From: Tubiluchus corallicola
Lineage: Eukaryota; Animalia; Priapulida
DNA length: 64,000 nucleotides
Assembly: GCA_030141605.1 (NCBI GenBank)
Contig: JAQGDQ010000715.1
Coordinates: 1-64,000, forward strand
Direction: 5' to 3'
Shown here one piece after another: positions 50,801 through 64,000 of the stretch (positions are counted from its first letter, which is position 1; each line of letters begins with the position of its first letter). The notes under the pieces are model-generated. The model was not told where the DNA came from and ran no database searches. It worked only from the letters and a program-made list of their open reading frames with translations. The position numbers and the translations under genes were made by a program.

Positions 50801-53800
50801 ATGAAGCTTTTACTGATCTTATTGATGCCTGTTTTCATAGCAGCTCAGCCAAGTAAGTAAAAATTAGTAAATTCACTGTGTGCTATACTGTGCAACCATC
50901 TGAGTTGGGAAAATGTTGCCATTTGCCACTTTTTACAAAAAGTCACACAAGCAACTCGTATGCATATAGAGGAGTGAATTTATAAGTGACCATTTTTGGT
51001 TTTTACCGCGTAAATCGAAAGCCCTATGCCTTGAGCTAGTTGCTAGATAGAAAAATAGATAGTGATTGCTTTTTAGCACTTGTACGGATATATATATAAG
51101 CTTGCATTCTTTTCCCGTAACAAAGAGACTTAAATATTTAGGAAATGCCCAGAAGCTCTCACAAACACCGTAGAGTATTGGATGTATTCGTGAGGAGACC
51201 TGCAACCTCTAATATACATCACTGGTGCATACATACATCATATTCTGGTGCATTGTAGAATGCTGAATGCACTAGTTTTTAGGGGAGCAGCCTCTAACGT
51301 TCAAGTTTGAACGTTCGAATCGAATACGAACATTCGAATGCAATTCGAACGAGTCTTTTTAGTTAACTCTAAAACTAGACTCGAATAACTCGGCACTTCA
51401 ACCAACCACATACGCTCTTTGGCATTAAAGCATTTTAGGCATCATGAAATTAGCATTATTTAGCTGTAATTTCTGTGTACAATTTTTAAAATAATTATTA
51501 ATATTTTTACTGCAGAACAAAATCGAACAACACGCATGCATGATTTTTGTAAGGCTAATTATTACTGATGGTTTGAAAACTTGTTGGAAAATCTTTCAGT
51601 CTCAATTCGAATTCGAAACACTGGAATGCTGTTCGATTTGAATTCAAAAGTCAGAAATCGATTCGATTCGAATTCGCTTTCTGGTAGAGCATACTCGCTC
51701 CTACTCGTTATGCACAATATCATGTTACAGCATCAGAATTCTGTGAATTAGCATATGGTAGAGGCGTTTTAAAAACGTACCATTCAATTAATGAAGACAG
51801 CCAAAAGTGATCAGTGAATAACTATAACTCATGATTTTGGTTATAGATTACCTGACAGCAATGGGTATTAGTGAAGCGCTTATATCATGGTTTTCCCTAA
51901 GCAGCCAATTGTTACTGACAGGCCTAATTGAGGTAAAACTCTCCACATTTTAATGAATGCAGATGCACAGTCTGGCTTTGCCTGACCTGTAGAATTTTTT
52001 GGTGGTCTTCGAATAGTCATATTTGCACCATGTACTTACTTCCAGTATGGTCTCAAACCCTGAGTCTTTTTTGCAATGGGCGCTGACTAACTACGTAAAC
52101 TATGAATATAATTTGGGTGCTTAATAGAAAATAACGTGACATTTTTAGCTTCACTAGAGTCAAGGTTGTGCGGAAGGCAGTGTCCACGGTCAAGAGATGA
52201 CTCACCTGTGTGCGGACAAAATGACAGGACTTATCCAAATGAATGTCGCCTGAACTGTTTTGGTACGTTATTCAATGCAAAATACTGTAAGTTACTGTAT
52301 CAGTATAATTGATGTAGTTGTCTAAAGTATGCACAATCTTAGTTCAAGTCCCACTTCTAACCATATTTTTCAAGCTTAGTAGTTAATTTGTTTTACACGC
52401 TTTTTGTTTATAACTGATCAACAGATCTGGAAATTTAATGGTTTATTTGATTGTAGAGGTGAAAAAGAAGTGCGATGGAAAATGTCCTTGTTCTACGCCC
52501 GGACTATTTTCATGCTGGGAGAAATGTGCTTTTTCAGCAGATGACTCACCCGTATGCGGACAAAATGGCAAGACTTATCCAAATGAATGTCACCTGAACT
52601 GTATTGGTACGTTATTCAATGCAAAATACTGTAAGTTACTGTATCAGTATAACTGATGTAGTTGTCTAAAGTATGCACATCTTAGTTCAAGTCCCACTTC
52701 TAACCATATTTTTCAAGCTTACTAATTAATTTGTTTTACATGCTTTTTGTTTACAATTGATCGACAGACCTAGAAATTTATTGGCTTACTTGACTGTAGA
52801 GGTGAAAAAAAAGTGCGACGGAAGATGTCCTTGTCCCTAGGTCCCGACCAAAGTCATGCTGGGAGCAATGTCCACGTTCAGCAGAAGACTCACCTGTATG
52901 CGGACGGAATGAGTTGACTTACCCAAATGAATGTCTGCTAAACTGTAATGGTACGTAAGTTATTGAACGCAAAATATTGGCAGACATGTATCAGTTTAAC
53001 TGAAAAGCAGGTACCTAAGTGAAACGAAGTAGACAAGATCTTGGTTCAACTCCAAGTGCTAGGAAAATTTTCCAGACTAATCAATTTATTTGTTTTACAT
53101 GCATTTTTACCTTTGCCTGGTCAACAGGTCAAAAATTTATTAGTTTGTTTCTTGTAGGTGTGAGAAAGGAGTGTGATGGAAAATGTCCCTGTCCCACAGA
53201 ATCCCCAGAATCAGATCCTTGTATGAAAGACTGCTCTGAAGCTGGAGATGTTCCAATTTGTGGTTGGTGTTCCAAGAGATAAGAGATGTACGATTTATCA
53301 AAATGAGTGCGAAAGAGACGTGTAAGTACGACAGCATAAAGCTGTACATTTAGTGTCTTTTTACTGATAACACATTGAATCAGTTTCTTTTGTGGCGGCA
53401 CCAAACGATAACCCCCACGGGATAAAAATCATACGAGGTCTAATATTCTGGTTTCAGAACGTACCATAAGGATTCCATGACTTACAATGTCCACATGTCC
53501 CAAGCAAGGTGACTATGTACTGATAAACATTTCGTTAAAAAGCCAGTCTTGGAAAACATTCAAAAACGAACACGCCAAAATTGTTGGGGAAAGAAGAGTT
53601 TAATAATTGTCAACATAATGTTCTCCATCATAACTTAGAGAAATGTAAGAAGACATAACACAAACAGGTATGCTGTAGGTTTATTTCTAGATTGGTTTCC
53701 TGACCTCTGTTCAGCAAAAAAGAGTTACGCAAAGATACTGCCATAAAAACGTAAAGGCATCCAGTTGATGATTCTGTTTATAGGCATTTCCACAGTTAGA

Positions 53801-54720
53801 ATGACATTACCCTAAAATTTCAATTTGTTTTTTCCATAATTTTTGTGTTTGACTTAGTAAAAGACACATTGAAGTTTCGGGGAAAAGTATTTGTCAGGGT
53901 ATATGGTTAGTTTTAGATACTGAATTCGCACTTTGGAATGAGCGTACTTTCATGCTATATTTCATTGGCAAAATCTGTATAATTGACAGATAATGCCAAC
54001 ATAGCTGCATTTTCCCACGCTCTACAAGCCATGTAAAGTTACTAACCGAAAAGTGAATTTATTTAACTTCTGAGAAAATAAAATCTCCACATTATTTCGA
54101 ATTTTATTTACATTAGTTCTTATTTACATTGTCTCTTGACAAAAGTTTTAAAGATTTGTCACAATTTTGTAAGTCAGGATTATCACTGGAAAAACCTTAA
54201 CGTACTAACCGTAACGTTACTAACCATGATTTTCATCTCTAATTTTCAGACAAAGTTATAATGAGTAAAGATATTTGGCTTGAATATTGCCCTTAATGCT
54301 AGAAGTGATGAAGAGGTGTTAATACCTTTGAGGCTTATTACATTTTACGAAACTTTTTATTCAAATATGCGCATTAATTTCTCATGTACGTTTTTTGTAA
54401 CATTACTAACCAACATTAGCTTTCTTCTTTATTATTCCATGAAATGAAAAGTTAATTATAAAAGTACGAGCTTTGTGGTTATTGAGTGGCAAAATGCGAC
54501 AAGTAGCGGAGAAAAACAAACTTCTGCATTTCGGAGATTTCGAGCCAACGTCCAACACTCACGATCAACACTCACCTATTCCTTGTCCTGTTAATAGTAA
54601 CAATGTCTGATTTGTGGCATTTCTCTTTTTTGTACATTTAGGGCTGAATGTAAAGCAAAGAGAACGTATCGAAAGGTCTCTATGCTCAACTGTTCGAAGT
54701 GCCCGAAACAGGACCAGTAA
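50801..54720 (+). pseudogene. Kazal-type inhibitor paralog K2, frameshifted. Exons 50801-50852, 52158-52262, 52457-52606, 52800-52950, 53158-53321, 54642-54720
   Basis: Same exon layout as K1; exon 4 is 151 nt (+1, TAG at 52838-52840); exon 5 is 164 nt against 178 (-14); could still encode a two-domain protein. Confidence 0.8.
51280..51704. mobile_element. TTCGAA-rich hAT-like MITE in K2 intron 1
   Basis: TAGGGGAGC...GCTCCTA termini; dense TTCGAA/TTCGAT repeats at both ends. Confidence 0.55.
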
Positions 54721-55422
54721 CATTTCTTAAAGATGAAAGATCGTTAATCCTATCAACTTTTACGGTGATTTTTTTCTCTTGTGTTTTATTTTTATTGTAG
54801 GTGTACCGCAACGTAAATATGTATCTACTAGACAGCAAATTTAATGTAAAATCGGCATAGAATCAGATCAGTTTCAAATCAAAACTAACAACTGATGCCT
54901 GAACTGACAAGCAAGTCGTGGGTTAAGTAAGGCATTAAATTATTTGTATTACTAACTCAGTTAACAGTTGATATGGAGACTGGGTTTTATTCTATGCTCG
55001 TTAATCAAGTATTGCATGTATGACATTTGTTTGGTTGAATTACTTAGTATTGTACTAAGGGTTAAGTCATCTGGGAATAAATGTATTAATCAAATGAGAA
55101 TAAATGTTCACTTTTTTGTGTTCAATAGAATTTGATGCTTGAGAGACATATGATATCATAATTACTAGCAATATGTTAAATAATAAGCATGCTAAAATGA
55201 AAGAAGAAAGTGAGAAAATTACAAAAAAAACGAAAGCGAGTTTCTTTAAAAAAAACCTCAGTTCAATAAAGAAAGTGGAAATCTTAAAGAGATACTTGAC
55301 ATTAGAAAAACAGCAAATATGAATTTTTTCATCAAATTATTATCCTGTATCTTGTACTGCACTTACACACTGCTGTACAAAACATTTGATGGAAATAATG
55401 TAGATAATGATACTGAAGGTCT

Positions 55423-55423
<1 letters not shown>

Positions 55424-55468
<45 letters not shown>

Positions 55469-55525
55469 AATGACGATAGATTTCGGTGATGATGATGACG
55501 GCGACGACGACGACGATGATTATGA
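55424..55525. repeat. (GAT)n microsatellite; paralogous tracts at ~43945-44022, ~39677-39742 and ~50660-50755
   Basis: Direct reading; tracts lie at equivalent positions in the K1 and K2 duplicons. Confidence 0.85.
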
Positions 55526-55605
55526 TGTTGGCAACTAATAACAGTTGTCTCCACTATTTTATACAGTCTAGAACTCTAGAAAGTTCGTTCCAGCACTTAA
55601 TAGCA

Positions 55606-56010
55606 AAGGCTAACTTTATTTCGTGAGTTATCAATAAAACAAAAAGTTAACATGCTAACCACAAGTTATTTATATAACAAATAATCAATTTAGCATAGTA
55701 ACCGTGAGTAGACAACAAAACAATAAATTTAACATGTTAACCAGTAGTTATCAATAAAACAATATATTTGGGTGTTAAACATAAGTTATAAAAAACAAAA
55801 AAATTAGCGTGTTAACAAAGAGTTATCAATTAAACAATAAATTTAACATGATAATCAAGAGTTATCAATAAAACAATAAATTTAGCGTGATAATCAAGAG
55901 TTATCAATAAAACAATCAATTTAGCATGAAACCCATGACTTATCAATAAAACAATAAATTTAGCGTGATAGCCACGAGTTACCAATAAAACAATAAATTT
56001 AGCATGATAA
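55606..56010. repeat. Minisatellite, ~39-bp unit x ~10
   Basis: AGTTATCAATAAAACAATAAATTTAGCRTGATAATCAAG at 55821, 55860, 55899, etc. Confidence 0.9.
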
Positions 56011-56039
56011 CAATAATTTTGGCTTATTTAGCACGTTAC

Positions 56040-57560
56040 CTGGATAGACATACCATTCAACAGCAGCATTGTTTCCAGGAATGGCCTGATCTGTAGTAGA
56101 TTCTGTTTGCTTCCACGGAGGCATCTTGGTGGTCTTTTTGATGTGGTTTAAGTCCAGTGTCCAGTACTAGACCATACAGCTTGTGCTTGAGGTTTCTTGT
56201 CACAATTGAAAATGGGCGTCGTTCATCTTCCAGCATAACTCCAGAATCCAGTTCCGCCCCACAGATGACATTAATGACGTCGTAATTCAGTAGCTGTTGA
56301 AAAAATACCGTGCCGTAATTCAATACTGCGCTGATGAGAATTTTTTTCGTGCACAACCATAATTCTTTACCATGCCGTACTGTATCGTAGTGCTTGCTTT
56401 CAGCGTAGACTTCCAGTTTACAGGTTTGTTCTTCTAACCACACTCCAAGTCCTTTATACGTTTGTTGGCTATTTCGTTTTAATTTTTGGATTTTAGAATT
56501 CTTGTACCATGATTTTACAACTATAAAGCTATTCTGACAGAATAAGTACTTTTGTAGTTTTAAAACTTCTTTGCTTGATCTATTTTAAAAGCAAAGCAGG
56601 TTAAAGCCCGTTAAAACACTGGAGACGGAGTTTGAAATGGATTTCAAAAAAACCTGATTGCTTGTTGAATTTTAGAATTTAATTTAATAAAGAAAAGATG
56701 AACTATTATCCATGAATCAGTCAGTCTTATCTTATGTATATTATTTCATATTATTATTAGTAGTACGAATTTACATATTTTTCCAAAAAAATTTTATTGT
56801 GCATCTTGCAGTTACATTAGATATTACATTTTTCGTGAAAACAAATACAGAGATGGAAAAAATGTCACATTTAGAAAGCTTTTCTCTTGTGTGAGTACTA
56901 ACATGGCTAGAGAGCAGGAACGGAAAATTCTTCATTACACATTTGTAATAGAGCTTTTTCGTCTGTGTGCAATCTTTCATGGACTACAACATATAAATAC
57001 ACAAAAAAATGATTTGCTGCAGCACTCACAACTGTGATGTTTCTCTCTATAAACTACTAATCAAGTAGTTTATTGAAACCTATCTAAGTTGAGAGAAAGA
57101 ACTCAGAAAATGACGAAATTTAATAATAGCACGAAATTTATTTATATAGTTGGCCTGAATTTTATATATATATATATATACCTACTACAAAAATGCATTT
57201 ATCAGCTGTACCGGAACGTCTCAGAATTAATAAGTGATCTGCATCTAGACCCCCATAATAATATAATCAGGCTGATATGATACTGAGCGTTTATTTTCTC
57301 AAAAACAGCGGGATTAATGTGTGGAATAATTTGCTGAAAGGAGATCGATTTTTTTAGTTGTATATTGAATTTACTTTGACCAGAATCAGTTACAACTGTG
57401 ATTCTGAGAGTTCTGACCAATCTAAATTCTTGTCTATGGACAAAGATCCAGCTTTTCACAGATGATAGAGTCGATCTCCTCAAACAGTTTCTGACGTCAG
57501 CCAAAAATGCACCTTCAAATGTAGGGTGATATTCTGACATTGGTATAACCTTAAATTTAC
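56040..57560 (-). mobile_element. Heavily decayed LINE reverse-transcriptase remnant
   Basis: Motif relics in correct order: AFLADVRN (AFLD..KAFD), RTLRITVV...S (R.Q.V), YKGLGVWLEE (YKYLGV.LD), ISAVLNYG (IRP.LEYG). Confidence 0.55.
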
Positions 57561-57655
57561 TTTAATGCAATTTACAACCACTAAAATATTTGTATAAATT
57601 GTTCTGCAAATTAATCAAGCAATCTATGAGTAAACAGCACACAGCTAAATGACTT

Positions 57656-57761
57656 AAAGGTCACTTTTAACCTATGACTATATAAGGTAACGTAAAATTA
57701 TTCCAACAGTATTAATTAAGGAACGAAGCATATTTGAGACATACTGCAGCTAGTCGCAAAG
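57656..57761 (+). promoter_or_regulatory. Candidate TATA promoter and non-coding exon 1 of Kazal gene K3
   Basis: AAAGGTCA 57656, TATATAAG 57679, donor caaag|gtaagc 57761. Confidence 0.6.
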
Positions 57762-58099
57762 GTAAGCTGCTGTAATCACAGTTCATGCATACACTTGCGA
57801 GTGAAGAAGTAAAGAACGTAGACTTTTCTTATTAAAGTGTTTTTGCATTTTACGTGTTTTGATTTAATGGTCTCTGTAAAACCAGAATTTTTGCATTAAA
57901 TATCTTTTTTACTGTAATATATTGTAAATTATACCAGAATCGCAATTAATTTTTTTGCCTTATATATTTTTTTCAACTATAAGACGTTGAGGTGTTTCCC
58001 TTTTCAAGATCTTCTGACTCTATCTGATCCTTTTTTACCTTTATTGTCATTCTTGGGTTCCGCAAACAAAGCTAAAAATCGTCAAAACTGAAGCATACA

Positions 58100-58670
58100 T
58101 GTTTATTTTTAATTTAGTTTGTGACATTCAATAGACGATGTCCTGCAGATTATTCCTGTAGATTAAACTTCAACTTTTATGGAAGATGTGCAATAATTGA
58201 AAAATTTATAAATTTTAAAATTCCTAACTATGATGTCTTTACACGAAAAATAACAGGTTCATTCATATATGGGAAGAAAGAACAGCCTAATGATGTAATT
58301 GATAAACTGTATGTTTACTCTCCATATCATAATACAATTATATGGACCTGTTGGTACAGACTGTGTTTTAAACTATCAGATCAACATCTTCTATCTCCTC
58401 AAATATGTTTTTATTTATTTATTTGTTTCATTGTGTCTTATGTCTTTTATTGTGTTTTATGGATTTTATTGTGCTTTATGTCCCAGTGTGTCATGTTTTT
58501 GAATTATTTGTCTTGTATAATTATGTTTTGTGTCTAGGTGCGTATGTATATATTTTTAAGTAGTTTCTATTGAAATTTTAATGACAGATGGTATAGCTGA
58601 ATGTCGAATTTGTGTATATAGTGCTATGTACTTTTTAAATGTACGAAAAGAATTTAAAATAAAAAAATTA
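58100..58670 (+). mobile_element. Probable RTEX-like LINE 3' fragment
   Basis: RCAIIEKFINFKIPNYDVFTRK...SFI...NDVI..LY...IW..W resembles the RTEX ORF2 C-terminus; T-rich 3' UTR, AATAAA and A-run. Confidence 0.45.
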
Positions 58671-59207
58671 TGTACAATTTTAGAAATGTAGTTTGTAGGA
58701 GAATCAACTTCCAAAAGTTTTGATGTTCAGTCCCTAATTTCGATCTCATTACCTCCCCCTTTGTTGAGAACCTTTCCGCTACACCCTTTTTAAGTCAACA
58801 TATAAGAACTTTCAGCCCCTATTTTGGCCTAAAAAATGTTTTTATATTTACTGAAACCAATCTCGATCACAAGATTCAGACTTATAAGAATGAAAATCGA
58901 TGCATTTGATCAAATGCTGATTGGTTAGTAGAAAAACTCCAATAAAGCCATACATAGCAAAGTAGGGACCATGTCTATACAAATGTCGTGCATTTCTTTT
59001 TTATCTGTTTGTAACGTAATGTGATGTAACGTTGTACAGTAACGTGTTGCATCATCAATAAACTAGCTACTATTTTATTTTATTTTAATTAAAAACTGAA
59101 AATAAAAAGTCTATTTTTATACAACACCCGCTTTTCGTATTTGGTCTCTTGTTACGACGACATTGTCAACATTATTTTTCATTACAGACTCTAGTTACAG
59201 TAGCACA

Positions 59208-62200
59208 ATGGCAACGAAGCTTTTACTGATTTTGTTGATGCCTGCCTTTATAGCAGCTATCAGATGTAAGTAAATTCAAGATGCGCCTGGTATTGTATAT
59301 TGGTTCACTATCTTCAGGATATGGTTAGGAAAGAGTTGCCATTTGCGGCCTTTTCAACCCCAAACTAGCATGTTAGTATTTCCAGGGCAGCAACAGGGTG
59401 ACTGTTTCGTGCTTGATATTATACAAGAAGCCATGAATTTCTAAACACAACTAGTGGGGCTAATGTCGGTATTCTAGGTTTGTATTTCTTGAACTGATTG
59501 TAATTCAAATATTTGAGTTGTTAAACCATAATGTGTAAAGTTAAACTCCTATAACATGGAAGAAAGGTGTCATGTGGTGGCTACTGGGTGCAAAAGTAGG
59601 AAATGCTAATGCTTACTCTTTTAATATACATGTATTCTTTTCTAGCAGCAAACAGACAAAAGAATCGGGAGAAAATTGAGAGGATGTCACATTTGTGGCA
59701 CAATTACTGACAATTTGTGGCTTCCAAATCTTGTACCTGGCGAACGGAAAAAAAATTATTCTGAAACGAAAAATTTGGAAAGAAAAGATCATCATAATAG
59801 TATCTTCAGTGCCGTATTAAGGCGCGGGTTTTATGAGGTGCAGCTCAGGGGCCACTATCAATTGAGGGGCCTACAGAGATTAAACGAAATTATTTTATTG
59901 TGAAACTTTACTACAGAATGAGAGTAGAAGAATGCTGAATTATCTGAGTTAAAAATAGAGTTTAATACAGAAAATCCAACATTCATGCTTTTGGTAATTG
60001 TCACTGAGGACCGGGGCCTCTCACTTTCTGCATCCCAGGGACCTACAAATTCAAAATCCGACCCGAGTATCCTACGAGCTCAGGCATTTCATGGCATGCC
60101 CTTGCACCAAATGTGTTGCATTGCATAGTGTTTACACAATAACAGCACCCAGAGCCTGTAATGGTGGCGGACTATAGAGTCAATGTTGCGTGCAACTGTA
60201 ATGCAACACATTTTAAAGTGTTGTCATTTCGACAGATGAATGTATATTAATGACATATAACAAGCAGTTATCGTTCATTAGCCGCAACTCAAGAGTTTTA
60301 TTACATGAATATACAAGGCATCAATGGAAAACCTTTAGGATAATTTTTGCCAAGGATTTTTGGTCAAAGATTGTTTTTTCTCAAGATAAACGCTTAATTG
60401 AAGTAACAGACAGCTGTTATTCGAGTTATTTGAGACATCAGTGTATTCTTCTTTGTTAATTGGTATTCCAGCTTGCGAAGATAGCTTGCAACGCCTAGAA
60501 AATACGGCTACTATAATTGTTACTAAACTAGGCGTTTTACCATCTTACTCCGATTCTAATGGAGTTGCACTGGCTCCCTGTCAAACAACGTATTATTTTT
60601 AAACTATTGCTGATTACTTTTAAATCTTTATATGATATAGAATTCCATCTGATCTCGCTGATCTAGTCAATTATATGTCCCTAGACGATCTTGGAGATTT
60701 CAGGGCAGTTTTATACTAGCGGTCATCGATCACAAAAGAAATAGCGCTCGGTGTATGTTTTTTTGCCAGTGCAGCTGCACGTGAATGGAATAAACATTCT
60801 TTTAGCTGGCGTTCTATTTCTGATTTTAACCGTTTTAAAATGGTCTTATAACCAATCTTTTTACTGTAACGTTTAATAAGTATGAGGCTTAAAGCCTATT
60901 TTTACCACAGCGTTTAATTAGTTGCCTTCTGAATTTTTATTGTATGCTTATAATTTGTTGCATCCATTCTTAATTGTAGATCTGTATTATAGCACACCTG
61001 ATGACAATACTTTAGTAATGCTGATGCATATTTCTCGTTACTGGTCTGTGATGTTTAGTTGTAGATATATTCACACCACTTGCTTGCTGCAACATAGCAG
61101 ATGAAAAAAAACACTTTAATAAGACGTTTTTACAATGATTAATAATGTTGTTTTTGTAATTTGCCAGTCACTTTTCCACCAAAAGGATGTCCATGCCCAA
61201 TTCCAAGAGTTCCTTCTTTCGTATGTGGGGAGGATGGCAAGACTTATTCAAGTCTGTGCTTGCTAGACTGTGCCGGTAAGTCATTCAGCAAGATAAAATT
61301 TTAGAATAATGGTTGTGAATAAGATATTTGTAAACAAGACAAAACAAGAATGGAAGAGTTCCTTACCAAATCCACTGGCGATATTTTGCCAGTTTTGACA
61401 ATTACGACTTATTAAAAAATTTTTTCTACAAAAGAATGTTTGCTGATTTATTTTTCGAAAGGGGTCTACAATTCCGCCACACAATTCAACTATCCTAACC
61501 CTAACATCAAACCTAACCCTAACATTAAACCTAACCCTAATCCCAACCCAATTCTGACCCTAATCCCAACACTAATCCTGTTCCACCACACGCACTAACT
61601 TCTTGTCTGTGGGGAATTGTAAACTTTAGCCTATTTTTCTTACTACAGTTATATGTAAATAGTATATAGTTAACAAAAAAGTAAAAAAAAACTTCTTCAA
61701 AATCCGTTTATAATTTAAACAAAAAAGAACGTTTTTCTCAAATCACCAAAAATATATAGATCTCATTTTAGAAATGAACAATTCAAATAATTGTTATAAA
61801 CAAATAATATAACAGTATTTACAACCTACAATTATTTAACTAGTATAAAACTATTACGTTACCAGAATAACCGGTTGTTGCCCAAAGTGAAGAAAATCAG
61901 TTTGGTTCCTAATTGTAGCGTATTTTTCAAACTTCCCGATCAATTTGCTTTACAAGCGCTTTTTGGCTAGCCTGCTGTGACAAATACATCTATGCAACCG
62001 ATCGCTTGGTGTAGAAACCTAGAAATTAACTCAGTGGTCTGACAACCAGCTTTTTAATTATCATGACCTGACTATTTAAGCAAATTTGGTGCAGGTACAC
62101 ATGGTGCAGCTGACAAATTTGCCACGGGTACAGGTGGCGCTGATGAATTGTAAGCTAAAGCTACAAAGAGGAAATCTCGGGCCTGCTCTGTCATATTGAG

Positions 62201-62997
62201 GGGCGTATTAACCAATAGGCTAACCAAGCGATAGCCGAGAATGCCAAAGTTCGAAGGGCATCACATTTCAGAAAAAAATCCTCGGAAATGTTCATGTAAG
62301 GAATGTATTTTAAGACACACCACAGCCAGTTGCTGAGTTCAGCTTTTATATAAGTGTCACATAACGAACAGACGCAAGGTATTACACAACAAGCAGTTGC
62401 GCAGCCTGCTTGAGTATAGGTGCTATACAAATACGTGTAATAATGATCACGTAGAACTAGGTTACTAGTGTTTATAATACACCACAAGTAATAGTTAATT
62501 CTGATCATTACATAAACAATCATAAATTCAAAATAGAGATGGGTCAGAAGTTTTAGCCTAGGGCGTTATAAAGTCTTGACACGCCCCTGGTCATATTGGC
62601 TGGTAGGTGGGGTGGGTTCATGGGAATACTAATCCCAGGTGGTGAATTCAAAACCCGACTAGTCAACAATTTTTCGGCGTCTTCAACTTCTTACCCACGA
62701 TGAATAGTAATTAGTAAAATAAACTGCAATGGTTTGTATAAAAAAATTTGATAATCAATCATACTTAATTAATGAAATTCATTGCTTTTGCATTATTTTG
62801 CTTCTAGGATTAAAAAAGAAGTGTGATGGAAGATGTCCTTGTCGTGCACCAGAACCTGTTGATGAGAGAAACCCGTGTTTCAGAGACTGCAATGCTTATA
62901 GTGATCCAGTATGCGGGAGACTAACTTCTCCAGTACCAGTACTTCTCGACGTGGATAAGCGTTGTTTCCAGTACCGAAACGATTGCGAGTGGCAATT
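59208..62997 (+). CDS. Secreted Kazal-type inhibitor K3 (two domains; last exon not found in window). Exons 59208-59265, 61168-61275, 62808-62997
   Basis: MATKLLLILLMPAFIAAIR; CPCPIPRVPSFVCGEDGKTYSSLCLLDCAG-LKKKCDGRCPC; CFRDCNAYSDPVCGR...CFQYRNDCE; phases 1,1,2 as in K1. Confidence 0.88.
59807..60065. mobile_element. Degenerate hAT-like MITE
   Basis: CAGTGCCGTATT...AATCCGACCCG; TSD AGTATCTT/AGTATCCT. Confidence 0.55.
60300..60870 (+). mobile_element. L2-clade LINE 3' fragment
   Basis: LQRLENTA...HLTPILMELHWLPVKQRIIFKLLLITFKSL...AAAREWN; the LHWLPV motif is typical of L2 ORF2. Confidence 0.8.
61462..61624. mobile_element. Short inverted-repeat element with degenerate telomere-like (CCTAAC)n core
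   Basis: GTCTACAATTCCGCCACAC...GTCTGTGGGGAATTGTAAAC flanking CCTAACCCTAAC variants. Confidence 0.55.
62198..62589. mobile_element. hAT MITE
   Basis: GAGGGGCGT...ACGCCCCTG; perfect 8-bp TSD GTCATATT. Confidence 0.8.
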
Positions 62998-64000
62998 GTA
63001 AGAATATGATTGTTTAAAGTCAAACTAAGCCCTCATTATAATTATAAACTTTTACAAATTAAAATCCTACTCTCATTACGAATATTTAATTTATTTTATT
63101 ACAAACTTACTGTAAAACTTGTTTCTTTTCACTTTTATCACTTCGTTGCATTAAGTTTGAAGAATCGTGTTTTCGGTTGAGCGGAACGAATGAACGTTAT
63201 GAGTGATGAGGTCACCAAAGATCGGTAACCAAACTCCCTTTACGCATTTCTGTACTACGTAAGTCATTCTCACTCACTTGCGCCAAAGATGCGATGTTTA
63301 CGGCAATTCACGAGATTGAAATTCGATAGAAAAAGTTATTTTTTAATTTATAAGTTTCTTTTGTTTAATAATAGCTGCGAATATTGTATAATCATATTCA
63401 TGCGTTGAAAAACTTCAATGTCTATTGGAGTTAGGCTATATAGGCCTTTAAAGGAGAAGAAAAGGGGTTCCTGATTATTTTTTCATTATTTACTCAGTGT
63501 TATCTAAACTTATTTCAAATGACTTATCGTCAAAATGGCTGCGTCTAACGATCATCCCTGGAGTTTAAATTTACATGTATCATACAGCGTTACTGCCGAC
63601 ACAAGCTCTGTGTGCAAAAAGACAATATATAAATGGTATAAAATTTTCAAAACGAAAAAAAGGAATTTTTTAAGCTTTATGTAAGTGGAGGGTTTTTTGT
63701 ACTTTAAATTAACAGATTTTGGCATTTTAGCGTGCGTAAGACAAAAACCGAGTCAAAATTTGTTTACTGTCCCTCGTTTATCAGACATTAGTACTGGCAG
63801 CTATTTAGCGACGCAACACCCAAATAATAATAAAAAAACATGTAGAGTATATGCACCAACTTCTACTTTCGAATTAAAGACTAAGTTCGTTAAATGAATA
63901 AAAATGATTAAATGAGGCGGGGCCACTAGAAACCAAAATCCCTAGTGGCGCAACAATAAGGTCTGCCTTCAGGACAGCAATAACCTAATAGTTAAAAACA

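Noticed and set aside
56057-56443. 128-aa novel protein (and 112-aa ORF 57202..57540)
   Set aside because: Contains relic LINE RT motifs in order; better explained as a decayed retrotransposon
63440-63880. Possible Kolobok-like element or K3 last exon
   Set aside because: Termini too degenerate; no AEC...CxxC exon found before the window end

Overview
AT-rich, intron-rich animal genomic DNA, most consistent with an invertebrate bilaterian; the species cannot be identified from the sequence alone. All exon models were read by eye from splice sites and phases. Left part: the first coding exon of a MAGI scaffold gene (PDZ0) occurs twice, as arms of a near-perfect ~1.8 kb inverted duplication (1-1797 / ~8337-10133). 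The spacer holds a pogo-like transposon, LINE fragments, a piggyBac MITE and a 5S-rRNA-headed SINE with a TSD. Middle: a C2H2 zinc-finger gene, a complete 5-exon LIN37 gene (MuvB/DREAM; 232 aa) with hAT MITEs, Tigger-like MITEs and three solo LTRs in or just upstream of it, and the last exons of an SLC7 amino-acid transporter cut by a 392-N gap. Right part: three tandem secreted multi-domain Kazal-type inhibitor genes (one intact, one frameshifted, one running off the window). Between the first two, on the opposite strand, is a small spliced ORF seen only in fragments in the ORF track, with the layout of an amidated-peptide precursor (signal peptide-FLLN-G-KKRK). No prokaryotic-type system such as CRISPR is present.
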